Assembly (NCBI RefSeq): GCF_032191835.1
Contig: NC_083233.1
Span: 3,162,001 to 3,226,000, forward strand
Direction: 5' to 3'
Length of the DNA: 64,000 nucleotides
From: Heteronotia binoei
Taxonomy: Eukaryota
Below the pieces are notes generated by a model, which saw only the letters and a program-made list of their open reading frames with translations, was not told the origin of the DNA and ran no database searches. Made by a program: the position numbers and the translations under genes. Of the stretch, positions 22,297 to 35,047 are shown one piece after another; position 1 is the stretch's first letter, and the number at the start of each line of letters is the position of its first letter.

Positions 22297-23769
22297 TCCA
22301 TTACCTTCATCTCAGAGGGGAACCCTATTGGTCTGCAGTGGAAGGACTGGATTTGAGTCCAGGAGCCGCTCTGAGGCCAGCAGCTGGAGAAGGGAGCTCA
22401 GCCTCTCTGACACTCCCGCTGGTCTCTCAGGGGCTGCTGGGCTCTGACTTAGCTGTTCTGCTTCTTTCCCCCATCCAGATGTGAAGGGGATCAGGCTGGC
22501 TTCCAGGCCCCAAGGTGAGGCCAGAGTCATCACTGTTTGTGGCTGGATGGAGCTGCACTGACCCTGCTGGTATTGCATCACTCCAGGCCCGATCATCAAG
22601 AGGAAGCAAGCCCACCCTGTGCACTGATGCTATGAAGCACACTTAGAGGGGCAATCCAGCCACCAGCCCGGTTCTGCACATCTTCCCATTCCCGTGAGTT
22701 CTAGGAGGCTTTTCCTGGACAGGAGAATACAGGATTGCCATCACTGCCCACTAGTTGAGGCCCAATTTACAGAGGAGGCAAAGCACTTCCCCCTCCCAGC
22801 TTTGCAGAGGCTCAAGGTCTCATTGGAAGCGCCCTGCAAGCTGTGCCAAGCGGATCCGCGCGCTTTGTATGCAGAAAAGTGGGAGCTCTTGAGGCTGTTG
22901 TGCTGGAAGGCTCCCTAAGTGCAGAAGTGCTTTGCCCAGTCCCAATGAGACGTCTCCCCTGCACCCTGCCCCCGCTAGGCTCTGCCTTTTGCCTCCCCTG
23001 CCAGATTGCCACATCCCAATGCCCAGTGGGAAGGAAAGCACCCATTGCTCAGGGAGAAGCTGGATTTCTCACTTGGTCTGACAGCTGGGAGTGCTTGCAG
23101 AGCTGTGATGAGCTGGCTGGGGGGGGGGGGGGGGCATCCTGCCAAGCGGTCAGGAGACTGGGGGAAGCATCCCCAAGGAGGCTTGACTGGTGGGTCATTT
23201 TCACTGCTTAGCAGAACATCACCAGCCGCAGGCTGATCCAGTATCGTCTGCATTCATGCCGCGTCCTCAGATGACACCACATTCTCATCTGCTGGCAATT
23301 CAGGGCAAATGGGCTTGTTTTGGGATCTTTGTTCCTTTTTCTATTAACATATTCACATGGCAGTTCAAGTGACAGCAGGATGACACAAGGGACCACCCCG
23401 GGCTGAGCCTTCCTCTGGGCAGCCCCTCTAGAGGAATGCGGGAGTTGCCACTGCTGCTGCCACCTCCTCCTGAGAAGCCTCAGTGCTGCTGGCAAAGCAG
23501 AGATGCACCCATTTGCCCATGCACCCACTTCCCCCAGGGAGGGCAGAAGCAAAAGCCGCTCTCGGGCTCTGTGAAACACCCTGCTAAGCAGCGGGCAGGA
23601 GGGCAGCCCTCTCACCTGGCTGCTTGGAGGAAGCTGATGTCAGAACGGTCGGCAAGGCCACGCTGCCCATTTCAACTGCCACATAAAGGCCACTCGCATC
23701 TGGCTGGATCATGCAGGAGTCGTGTGGCACCACTAAGAAATGCTGCCTGGTGTCACTGCTACAGATTCC

Positions 23770-24779
23770 CCAGGCTGTGGAAGACAGAGGCAGGATACAG
23801 GATGACCCTGACAGGCTGGAGAACTGGACTGAAACCAATAAAATGAATTTTAACAGGGATAAATGTAAAGTTCTACATTTAGGTAGGGAAAATCCCATGT
23901 ATGGTTATAGGATGGGGGAGACTTGTCTTAGCAGCAGTATGTGTGAAAAGGATCTAGGGGTCTTAGTGGATCATACAGTGTGATGCGGTGGCTAAAAAGG
24001 CAAATGCAATTTTGGGCTGCATCAACAGAAGTACATATGAACATATGAAGCTGCCTTATACTGAATCAGACCCTCGGTCCATCAAAGTCAGTATTGTCTA
24101 CTCAAACTGGCAGCGGCTCTCCAGGGTCTCAAGCTGAGGTTTTTCACACCTATTTGCCTGGACCCTTTTTAGTTGGAGATGCCGGGGATTGAACCTGGGA
24201 CCTTCTGCTTACCGAGCAGATGCTCTGCCACTGAGCCACTGTCCCTCCCTAAAGTAGTGTCCAGATCATGTGAAGTGATGGTATCGCTTTACTCTGCTCT
24301 GGTTAGGCCTCACCTGGAGTATTGTGTTCAGTTTGGGACACCACATTTTAAGAAGGATATAGACAAGCTGGAACGGGTCCAGAGGAGGGCGACGAAGATG
24401 GTGAGGGGTCTGCAGGAGAAGTCCTATGAGGAAAGGTTGAAGGAACTGGGGATGTTTAGCCTGGAGAGGAGGCGGCTGAGAGGTGATATGAGCACCATCT
24501 TCAAGTACTTGAAGGGCTGTCATATAGAGGATGGTGCAGAACTGTTTTCTGTTGCCCCAGAAGGTAGGAATTAAATCAAAAGAGTTTCTGGCTAAACACT
24601 AGGAAGAACTTCCTGACAATTAGAGCAGTTCCTCAGTGGAACAGGCTTCCTCCTTGGGAGGTGGTGGGCTCTCCTTCCTTGGAGACTTTTAAACAGAGGC
24701 CAGATGGTCATCTGACAGCAAAGCTGATTCTGTGAATTAGGCAGATGATGAGAAGGAAGGCAGGAAGGGTTGCATCAGA
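23770..24779 (+). mobile_element. CR1 LINE 3' portion
   Basis: DRGRIQDDPDRLENWTETNKMNFNRDKCKVLHLG; [16 protein letters not shown]...[15 protein letters not shown]. Confidence 0.9.
24034..24249 (-). mobile_element. tRNA-derived SINE (Squam2-type) nested in CR1
   Basis: Minus strand GGGAGGGACAGTGGCTCAGTGG...GGTTCAATCCCCGG head and (ATATGTTC) tail; splits the CR1 at AAGTA. Confidence 0.8.
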
Positions 24780-25849
24780 CTGGCCCAGCGGGTCAGCCAG
24801 CTGAAATGCCCTCTAAGTGGCCAGCTGAGGCCACTGGGGATGGGGGTGAGCCTAGCGCTTCTGCCTTCGGGCATCCTGGACTGGCATAGCCCCTGTGAGC
24901 CGGTGAAGGGCACAGAATAGGAGTGGGGCTACAAAGGGGTGAGTGTGGAACTCTGCTCTGATCCACAGGGCATGCCAGTTTGGATTTAGGAAGTGATGCC
25001 ATGGCTTGACAAACTTGTGCTCCTGGTGGTGTGGAAGCCAGCACTCTCCAGTCCGTGCAACCCAGTGATGCACACCTGGCACACTAGCTCCAGGTCTGCA
25101 AGAGCTAAGAGACAGGTAAGCAGTTGCTGCAGCACAGCTGAGCTGGCCCAGAGGCCTCACAAGTCCCAGGGGCTGCCTGGCCACCAGCACATCTGAATGG
25201 AGCCTTAGAGTCAGGCCAGGGGAGTGGGGGAGGGGAAAGGGCACAGAGGGAGGAGAAGGCAAGACAGGCCAGGAAGCCAAGGCAGAAGCCTTTTGCTAAT
25301 CAGATTAGCCTGACTGGAATCCCAAACTCCGCCCCCCCCCCCCCCCCCCAGGGCAAGGGGGCTGGGGAAAAGCTCTGGTGGGGAAATGAAAATGAAACAT
25401 GTTTGTTACTTTGAGCAGAGCTCTGACCTTATCATGGAAGGATTAGAGGGGTTTGCAAGGAAAACGAGCGTGAGGTTGTTTGCCCAGGGTGTGTGTCTGT
25501 GTGCTTAACGCAAACATGAGTTCACTGCTGGGCGCCTGCGCAGGAGAGCTCTCCTGTGCCATCTGTGAGGCTCCACTGCCCCCCAGGGGGCTTCCTTGAG
25601 ACTGCGCCACAAGACAGAGAAAGCCCCTCTCCTACTCCCACCTCCCCCTTTCCTCCAGATTCCCTCCCTACAGAGGGCTGGGGGCACCGACATTACTGGT
25701 GTCTTCAGCATGGTCTGTTAGAGGAACTGGTTTAATGCATTTAAGATTATTTTAATCCACATATGCATTTGTTCAATGCTGATGTGTGCTTGTAGGGAAG
25801 GATGGCCGAGCAAATGGAAAGAAATATGGAAATATTCTTGACTAGAGAC

Positions 25850-26058
25850 TAGGGTTGCCACCTCGAGGCTTGGAAATTCCTGGAGATTTGAAGGTGGAGC
25901 CTGGAAAGGCAGTGTTTGGGGAAAGGGGAGACCTCAGCAGGGTATAATGCTAGAAGGTCCCCCCCCCACCACCACCATTTTTTCTCAGGGGAACGGATCT
26001 CTCTCACCTAGAGGTCAGTTCTTCTGGGAGGTCTCCAGGCCCCACCTGGAGGTTGAAA
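25850..26058. mobile_element. TAGGGTTGCC-family hAT MITE
   Basis: TAGGGTTGCCA terminus and shared core. Confidence 0.7.
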
Positions 26059-26352
26059 GCAAGAAAAAAACATGATACAATAATGAAAATAATAGGTCCA
26101 AAATTTTAAAAACTCTTTATGAAAACTTTTTCAAATAATGTGGTTAGTACACACTAAATTCATTTATATGACTTTAACTGGGTGAGACAATCAATTGAAT
26201 TCTATAACAAAATTGAATTCCATAACAAAATAAGTACACATACAATGCTTCACAGAGTTTGATTTCATCAAAAAAGTGCTTAGTTCAGAAAAGTGCTTGT
26301 AGAATAAAGTGCCATAATTAGTCTTATAATCCATTTAGTGACGACTCCACAG

Positions 26353-26471
26353 CAGGGCCTTTTTTGTAGAAAAAGCCCAGCAGAAGCTCATTTGCATATT
26401 AGGCCACACCCCCTGGTGCCAAGCCAGCTGGAACTGCGTTCCTGTGCATTCCTGCTCAAAAAAAAGCCCTG
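26353..26471 (+). mobile_element. 119-bp hAT MITE (octamer-containing)
   Basis: TIRs CAGGGCCTTTTTT / AAAAAAAGCCCTG; perfect 8-bp TSD CTCCACAG. Confidence 0.9.
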
Positions 26472-26844
26472 CTCCACAGTATCCACCTCTGACAGAGTCT
26501 GGAGCCGGCTTGTAGCTTGTTGCGCCATTCCCAATCTCTTTTTCAAAGAGGGGTGTCTGAAGTCTCTTCAAACTTTTGCATCATAAGAATATACAACAGC
26601 TTAAACAAGCCCTCAAAACCTTTCAAGGTATCGCCCTTGGAGGAGGAGGGGGGGGCAGGCTCCTTCAGAGCTGGGGAAAGAGGTGAAGCTGAAGGACATG
26701 ACAGCCAAGGGGAAACAGGGGAGCAAAAATGATCCAAGGGAGCCACTTCTACCAGCAACGCTTTTTGCAGGAAACTCTGGAAATTCAGGAGGGCTTGCAT
26801 TAATTTTAATTGAACACATGTCTGTCAGAAGAGCCCCTATTGGT

Positions 26845-27350
26845 ACAGCCTGATATTGCCAGATCTTGGAAGCTAAGCAGGGTTGACCCTGGGTAATACT
26901 TGGATGGAAGCCCAACTAGGAAGCATTGTCAGAGTTTGAGAAATAATCCAATTCAAGCTTAGGAGTTTGATTTACTTTTACTGCAACAGGATTTTGCACA
27001 AAGACAATAACCAACTGCAGACCATTAATGCAACAGGAAGGTCTTCAGCACTAACAGATGCTAACACACAGACAACAAGAGCTTGGCTAAGCTGCAAGAG
27101 AAATCATGCAATAAGCCCTGAACACTAGAGGATGCACCACAGCTCCCCCTCAGGTACAAGTGGACTAAACTATTTCAGCAGTATTTACATTAGCGAGACA
27201 TTCAGCAGGCTGTTGCTTCTCCAACCGGAAGTCTGGGGTCACTGTGCAGAGGCAGGCAGCAGCAAACCACCTCTGAGCCTCTCTTGCCTTGAAACCCCCA
27301 CCAGGGATTGCCATAAATCAGTTGGGACGACAGCACTTTCCACACACACC
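26845..27350 (+). mobile_element. 5S-derived SINE split by a ~300-bp insert (~26925-27235)
   Basis: 5S-like head GATCTTGGAAGCTAAGCAGGGTTGACCCTGGGTAATACTTGGATGG; tail GAGGCAGGCAGCAGCAAACCACCTCTG...CACACACAC. Confidence 0.65.
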
Positions 27351-28936
27351 CCATATTTATCCCCCATTCTTAGGGTTGCCAAGTCCAAATCAGAAAATAC
27401 CTGGAGACTTTGGGGGCGGAGCCAGGAGGCTTTCCCATTCCCTAAAATAAATAAAAACACAGCAGTGCAATCCCCCTGAATAGTCTTCATTTCCTTGTCC
27501 CCCAGGAGCTGCAATTCCAGTAAATAAAAGTGAACACACACTAACAAAGCAGCCAAAATAAACAGAGTTTGCAAGCACATACTTTTGTAATCTCACTGGG
27601 GCTTTATGCACAGGAGCAGCTGTATTTCCAACCAACTTCTACAGACTTACACAGGCACTCTCTCACACACACTTACTGGCTCTGGTTCCTTCCTATACAA
27701 AGACATCTGAAAGGAAAGCAGAGGGACTGCTCTCTCACTCTCTCACACACACGGCTCTGCTGCTGGCTCCTCCCAATACAGCTTTCACTTCCAGATCAAA
27801 TTTAAAGGTGTTTGCGCACATTTTATCATCATCATCAATTAAATTTATGAATCGCCTCATTCCAGCCAATGACGGGCTCTAGGCGATGTACAACAAAGAT
27901 ACACATAAAATCAGTAAAACTGATGAATTAAAAACAATTGCAACTCAGTGGACATTCTTTATGATGTGCTGTAATTCTGCTTTCTCGGCATTGAGATTAG
28001 TCCCTTTTTAAGTGGAGGGGGGAGGGGGTGCCAGCCCAGCAACCGTCACTGTCCTCAAGTAATTTTAAAACACGAAGTGCTTGCAGGCTTCTAAACCTGC
28101 AGAGATCTAAAAGTACATGGCGGTTGTGGCGGCAGGGCTTCCCCCACCAGCCAGCTGGCTGGGGGCTGGGGGGAGCCTGGAAAACCAGGCGTTCCTCTGC
28201 TGGGACTGGGGGATTGGGAAGCCTACCCCTTCTTTCAAGAGCTGAGAGTGGTTCTCCTCCTTCTGTTTCATCCACCTGCTACTTCGGAAGACTTCTGTCT
28301 TAACCAGTCTGCCTGCCTCTTTCTTGTTCTGTAATTATCTGCAAATAACATCCTTAACCCTTGCACTCTCCTACCTTGAAATGGTCAAGGGATGCTGAGC
28401 CGAGTGACTGACATGTAAGTAAGACAATCTGCAAAGAAAGTGATCTCTGCTCCAGAATAGTTTTGCATAGTTTTATACAAGCAGTTTGGTGTTCAGTACA
28501 CTAAAGTGATATTTCATTACTCTCCTTTAGTGAGCTTCTTGAAAGCACCAGTGTACAAGGAGTGCCTCATGCTGTGGAAAGCACAGAGAGGACATGAATG
28601 TTTGCAAATACTCAAAGTAGGACAGAACTTCCCATTTTATCAGCAATTATTGCTTACAACATTTCAGATTAATAATCCAAACTGGAATTGTGAATGTTAC
28701 ATTTATGCCTCCCTATTTAAAATATGACTGAAGTCTTGATTGTTTTGATTTAATGCCAGATAAGAAATCCCACAAGCTGTCAAAAACAAAATGCCACCAC
28801 ATGTCAGTTAGCAAATACCAACAACATTAAATGTTGAAATCAAAAATAATCAAGTGTCAAATATGCATTGTTACAGTTGTAACGTTGCAGTTTTGTGGTG
28901 TTTATGTTTTTATCGTGTTCTCAGGCAGGATCTATG

Positions 28937-29327
28937 TGTCAAGCATTAGATCTCAAAATAACCAGCCCTTGATTTTGAATTGGTTTATTGATAATCCATT
29001 GTGCTCGGATAGGCACCAGATTGGAAGTGATACATTGTAATTCAAGGATACCAGCTTTAAGGGGGCACATCAAAGATACCTTAGGAATTTCTACTCCAGC
29101 GTGTGAAATTCACATGCTTGCTACGTTATCTATTACTGCGGTTTAGCGACATCCTGGGTTCAGACCTGAGCCTGAGAAAGTGTTCCCGGAGGCCTTATCT
29201 TCAAAGAGGACATTCCTGCATTTGCTACTAGTGAGAACTAAGGAAGAGGTTACATGGCTTTGATGTGCAACACATTAGAACACATTAACAATGCAGGCAT
29301 ACCAATAAAGAAACGAGATGCTTGACA
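28937..29327 (-). mobile_element. Solo LTR (391 bp) related to 11913-12357
   Basis: 10-bp terminal inverted repeats TGTCAAGCAT/ATGCTTGACA; perfect 5-bp TSD CTATG; minus-strand AATAAA. Confidence 0.9.
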
Positions 29328-31437
29328 CTATGGAGTGGTGGCATAGAAATTGCCTAAGATAGATAGATACTTGGCGCATTTTCAGATGTCCAGGGACTAT
29401 TTCACATCAAAACTTGCAAAACAAAAATTTGGCAAACTAATTCATTTCAGCTCCAAATGAACAGCTAAGTCTGCACTTAACAAGAGGATTTTTTTGGTAT
29501 CATCCTGCCTATTGGGGAACAGAAGTCTACCAAATGTGCTTCCCATCATCTCTCAGCATGACATGTGACAAAATTCTCCTAATTGCTCACCAGAACAAAT
29601 TCTCTGAGCATGGTTGCCTTTCATCTTTGGAGTTCTTAGCAGTTGGTAAGTCTTGGAGCAGAATTGCCTCTTGCTGCTTGGTGACAGCTACCACACAGAA
29701 TGACCCCTTGCTTCCTCCAAGAGATAGTCCTAACAATATTGGTCCCAATCCTGATATTTCTACTAATACCCAGTCCCTTGCTGAAGCACTGTGAAGGGAG
29801 ATGACTGATGTTACCCAAGCAGAGGACTGATCTCCCTACAACAGTAGAGAGGAAGAGCTGCCTGGCTCCACTCATATGAACTGCAAGTGAATGGGCCTTT
29901 GGTATCCAGCAAAGTTGCACCCAATGCACAGGGTTCAACAGAATGTTGCCTGAGCTCTGCATTACAACAGTTTGGGAGCCCCGCTATCCAGAAACTTTCG
30001 TGCCACTGGACATCTGGTTTATTTTGCTACAGCAGAACTTAGCTCCACCTCTAAAAACGACATCAAATAATGTCCTTAATGCTAATTGTAAGTTTCCTCC
30101 AGCTGCTGAGGAGTGGAAGTATTATTAGCATATAATCATTTTATATCTCATGGAGGGAGGAAGAGAGAGAGAGAGAGAGCGCAAATGTGTCAGAAATGCT
30201 GCATGTGTGATGTCATAGGCTGTGAGCCAAGTCAGGCCCTGGAGACCACCCAGACAATGATTCCATTCTCCCTTGATGTTTCTAACCTTTATGGGCTTAT
30301 ACAAACTTTCCAAATATATATAAAAGAATTATTAACTCATGTGGTGTTGTAATGTGTGCATCTGAGACACTCTGTAGTAGGCTTAAAGTGAACAGTGGGA
30401 TATTCAATCTGAAGCCCTTCACAACTTGACATGAAATGCATGGATTGCCTAACTGAGGGCTGCCAGGTGGCCACAGGCTCCCAGATCCTGGAATTTCAAA
30501 TACATCTGTGTTTGTTAAATTGCAGACAGGGGTGGAAACAAAAATATTACTTGATTAATCATTTGCTTTATAATTGGTAAACTGAAATATTATGGATTTT
30601 CTTCTACCTCCCAGCTTTTCTGCCATGATCCTGCTTCTCCCTGTGGCCCCCGTATGGTGTGGATGTTTGTCCATGCACAGTCCTTGATTGGCACACCCTC
30701 TTTTGGGAATCACCATACCATAAAAGTCTTCACATAGATGCTTTTGGTCTTTCATTGCAGAATGTCACCATGTTTAGCTGTAGAACTTCTACCAATTGGT
30801 GGTCAAACATAAATTTTTCTTTTGCTAAAATGTAGTAGTAACTTAGAAATGTTCTGCATGCAAATCTTAATTGTCATAGGAAGATGTTTATGTTTCCCCC
30901 TGAAACTTCTACCAAGGTTTTGCCAGACCTCCTGTTAGCTTGAACAGACTTGAGCAGGCTGCCTTGAGATAAAGTCAGCCTGAGGCATTTTGCTTTAAGA
31001 AAGGTGGAGTCATAATGGTGGGCTGACATCTTCACAGAGAGGTGAAGAACACAGGAATAATCCTGAGGAAGACTTGGTGAAATGAGCCTACATCTGGGTA
31101 CTTATTGGAATATCATGAAAATGGGTAGCATCATGAGGATGGACTGCTCTTTCTATTATTATAAGGACGTACTTCTTGTCAGGAGGCCTTGCCATTTTTA
31201 TGTATCTCTGTACTGGCCTACTTTTTTGTTTTGGGAATCTGAGGGAGGGTGAGCTCTGCCTGCTTTGCTCTGCCTGTATAACAACCATAAGTATCCATTT
31301 CTGCCTGGTAGAGAAGATTGGAGCTGCCGTCCTAAGTCTGCCTTATTTAATTCAAGCCATCAAATCACTCTCCGTGGTGAAAAAGTAAAGCAGCTGAAAC
31401 CAATATGTATATATCCACTATATTCAATATCAAATCA

Positions 31438-31812
31438 AAGGCGGCTGAGAGGTGATATGATCACCATCTTCAAGTACTTGAAGGGCTGTCATTTAGAGAA
31501 TGGTGTGGAATTGTTTTCTGTGGCCCCGGAAGGTAGGACCAGAACCAATGGGTTGAAATTAAATCAAAAGAGTTTCCGGCTCAACATTAGGAAGAACTTC
31601 CTGACCGTTAGAGCGATTCTTCAGTGGAACAGGCTTCCTCGGGAGGTGGTGGGCTCTCCTTCCTGGGAGGTTTTTAAACAGAGGCTAGATGGCCATCTGA
31701 CAGCAATGAAGATCCTGTGAATTTAGGGGGGAGGTGTTGTGAGTTTCCTGCATTGTGCAGGGAGTTGGACTAGATGACCCTAGAGGTCCCTTCCAACTCT
31801 ATGATTTTATGA
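31438..31812 (+). mobile_element. CR1 3' fragment
   Basis: [18 protein letters not shown]...RLPREVVGSPSWEVFKQRLD; CTATGATTTTATGAT tail. Confidence 0.9.
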
Positions 31813-31960
31813 TATTCCAATTAAACATTAAAGGGAAATCTTATAAGTTGAGATGTTGGTTTTAGAAAATCCTTTATAGGGAATTGAAAGTTTAATGTTT
31901 AAATTGAAAGAATTTAGGGCACTTGAGGGTTTTAAAGTTATTAAGCAAAAGACTAAGCTG

Positions 31961-32079
31961 CAGGGCTTTTTTTTGAGCAGGAATGCACAAGAACACAGTT
32001 CCAGCTGGCTTGGTGTCAGGGGGTGTGGCCTAATATGCAAATGAGTTCCTGCTGGACTTTTTCTACCCAAAAAGCCCTG
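31961..32079 (-). mobile_element. 119-bp hAT MITE (octamer-containing)
   Basis: Reverse copy of 26353-26471; TSD CTAAGCTG/CTAAGATG. Confidence 0.88.
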
Positions 32080-32589
32080 CTAAGATGAATTTGATAAATT
32101 ATATCTTCCTGGAAATGTCAGGAAAAGAGTATTCAACCCGAAAGAGAGGGAAACAGAAAAGATAAAATCCTTTGGCATGAAGGAAGAGGAGTCCATTTTT
32201 GTGGGTCTATCTTTGCTGATCTCAACTGGGGAAAGGAGCTCTAGCACCCATCTTAATGGCCACCATTGTTATATGAAGCAGACAAATGGATGGCTGCCTA
32301 GACAAAGTCTAGCTTTTTAAGAAGCTTTTAAACACTATAATTACAAAGATAAAGAACCTGCCTTAGAATTATATCAGCTTGGGCATGTGTAAAACGAGGG
32401 ACAAGGGAACTGCATGTTTGCACTTTTCTTTTGTGTTCCTTGTTTAGTCCTTTGCTGTGCAGAAAGAACACACATGGACTTTTAAATGTTTCTTAACAGT
32501 TTTGAATCTACCATTTTTGGGCTAAGTAACAGAGAGTGGTGTCTGAACAACTCCAGAGTTTCCTAGATTACACATTGGTGCTGGATCCT

Positions 32590-33675
32590 TTCTAGTCCAG
32601 CTTCTCTCCCCAATGTTATTTAAGAGCTACATGCTTCTTCTTGCTTAACCAGTATGGAGCTTCAGGCTGAGTTATTATCATTATGCTGATGACACCCAGT
32701 TTTATCTGTTGTTGCATGGCCAGCCAGACATCATCCCAGCCACTCTGGCTGAAGGTTTGGAGGCTGTGGTGGGATGGCTAAAGCAGAGCCACTGAGACTG
32801 AACTCTGCTAAGACAGAGGTTCTGTGGCTGGGTCGGGGGGATGCTGGTGTGGAGCCCCAATTCCCAGCTCTGGACAGCATGTCATTGAGACCAGATCCTG
32901 GATGCCTCGATGACAACGGATGCCCAGGTTTCCAGCATTGCCAAGTGGGTGTTTTATCAACTATGCCAAGTCAAGCAACTGGCCCCTTACCTGCCCTGCT
33001 CTAGCCACTGTAATCCCTGCAATGGTCACCTCCAGGTTGGATTACTGTAACTTGATCTACATGGGCCTACCCTTGAGGCTGACCCAGAAACTCCAGCTGG
33101 TATGGAATGCAGAGGCCCTGGTCCTCACAGGGACCCCAAACACAGCTCAAATCTCTCCCATGCTGCAGGAGCTGCACTGGCTTCCAGTGGAGCACCAGAT
33201 CATGTTCAGGGTTTTGGTGCTAACCTTTAAGGCCCTCAAAGGCCAGGGACCATCATACCTTCAGGACTGCCTCTCCTGGTAGATCCCCAAGAGAGACGTA
33301 CTCTGGTGACCAACATCTGCTGGTGGTCCCCGGCCTGAGAGACATCTGGCTGCCCTTGACCAGGGCCAGGACATTCTCCTGGTGGAACTCTCTGCCGAAC
33401 TCCATCCAGGCCCTGCAGGACCTATCGCTGTTCTGTAAGGCAGAGATGTTCCACCAGACGTTTGGTTGAGGTTCCATCTTGGCATTCCCACTTCCGCTCC
33501 CCTGTACAAGATAGCAGCAGCACCAGGATTTTGTCGCCATCTTTTCTGGGGACTGTAAATTGTATTTATTCTGGTTTTATTGTTTGTAATTATAATCCTG
33601 TTGTTAACTGCCTTGATCCCAGCGGTCAGGAAGGGAGGTCAAAAATCCAATTAAATAAATGATAAATAAATAAAT
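32590..33675 (+). mobile_element. L2 LINE 3' portion
   Basis: HYADDTQ motif ~32680, LRLNSAKTEVLW, VTSRLDYCN, LHWLPVEHQIMFRVLVLTFKAL; (AAAT)n tail. Confidence 0.88.
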
Positions 33676-35047
33676 TTCTATTTCTCCAGGAGTACCCCTG
33701 TGCAGTAAGCCGACCCTAAGGTAACCAGTCACCAGGAAAAGAAAGACACAGGCAGGCACTAGGCAACTCTGGAAGGGAATGTGAGAGCACCAGCCCACTC
33801 ACTGGGTAATTCCTAAAATGGCCAACTGGTGGCAGCATGCTGAAAAAGTACAAAAAATAACTCCACCGAGATTCAGGTGAACTGAATGACCCAGTTTCAG
33901 GTTTCCATTGCTGGATGAAAACTTGGGGTGGTCACAGGTGGCGATTTCACACACAGTAAATAATGCACTTTCAGTCCAGGATGCTGCCTCAGAGGCATGA
34001 ACCGAGTGGTGCTTGCAGTTCAGTGGGGCTATTTTGCTTCAAGGCAATCAATGGATAACAACAGAACAGACAAGAAGATGACTGGTGTGCTTACTGCAAA
34101 GAGATGTGGCATTGTTGTTCAGTTCCAACTAAATTCACTTTTTATAGTAGAAATAAATGTTCCTCAGAACAAAATTCTCAGTAACCCTCTAGCAATTTAG
34201 ACAATTGGCCTTAAAATATGACTGCACTGAAGACCAGCCTTCTGTTTTGCTGCTTCTTTGCAGTGTACCAAGTTCTCTTAGGCTGCACTTATTGTTTGGT
34301 AGGATAATAGGAAGGATTTCAGACTAGGAATGATTTTGAATTCCTCATCCTTGATATTTTGACCTAAAAATCCCTGCTTCCATTTTGCTTCTCTTTTCTG
34401 TGAACTGAACTTGTGATTCTTTATTTCCACACCTGTATTGTACAGAGGCCAGAGACGTTCAGATGGCAACACGCTTTATTAGCGAGTACATCACAAAGAC
34501 AACATGATGGGGCCGGGTCCCCCATTATATACATTTCCTGGAACAACCTTCTTCCTGGTCAGGTCCAATCCTGGCCAGTTAAACTTCCTGTCACTGATCG
34601 CCACAGGCGGGCTGCATTCGTCCCTTCCAGGCACTGCCCACAGGTGCACTGTGCTGTACTTTCCGGGACGAATGCCAGACACAACACTCCTCCCCCCCAG
34701 TTCACGATACATAGTCTTTCAAATGAGTGGGCAACCACTGTTCTCTGAGCGACCGCCGAGGTTCGATCTGGGGAGTTGGGGCTGCTGCCAGGGGTTCTGT
34801 AGCCGCTGGTTCCTCGCTTTGGGCCACGGTTGGCAGAGCGTTGTCTCAATCCTGCGGAGGTATCTCCCCCGCCCTGTAAGGCTCTTCCGCCAGTGAACCT
34901 GGTGAGCTCGGCAGGGTTGCTTCTTGCGGTGGCCCCGTGCTCTCCCCATTCCCCACTCTCCATGGCCCTGCCAGTTCCTTCGGAAAGGTGCGGCGGCGGA
35001 GTTGGTCTGTGTGTCTACGGAGGAGCTGCCCCCCTTCCGACAAAACC

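Noticed and set aside
22312-23760. Dense overlapping ORFs in a GC-rich stretch
   Set aside because: No recognisable domain; ORFs on both strands are expected from GC content.
24170-24249. tRNA gene
   Set aside because: A tRNA-like SINE head followed by a SINE body and tail. The same holds for the other A/B-box hits (2243, 2546, 18421, 53608).
26080-26700. Possible Penelope-like fragment around the 119-bp MITE
   Set aside because: Only vague motif resemblance; no ORF or boundaries.
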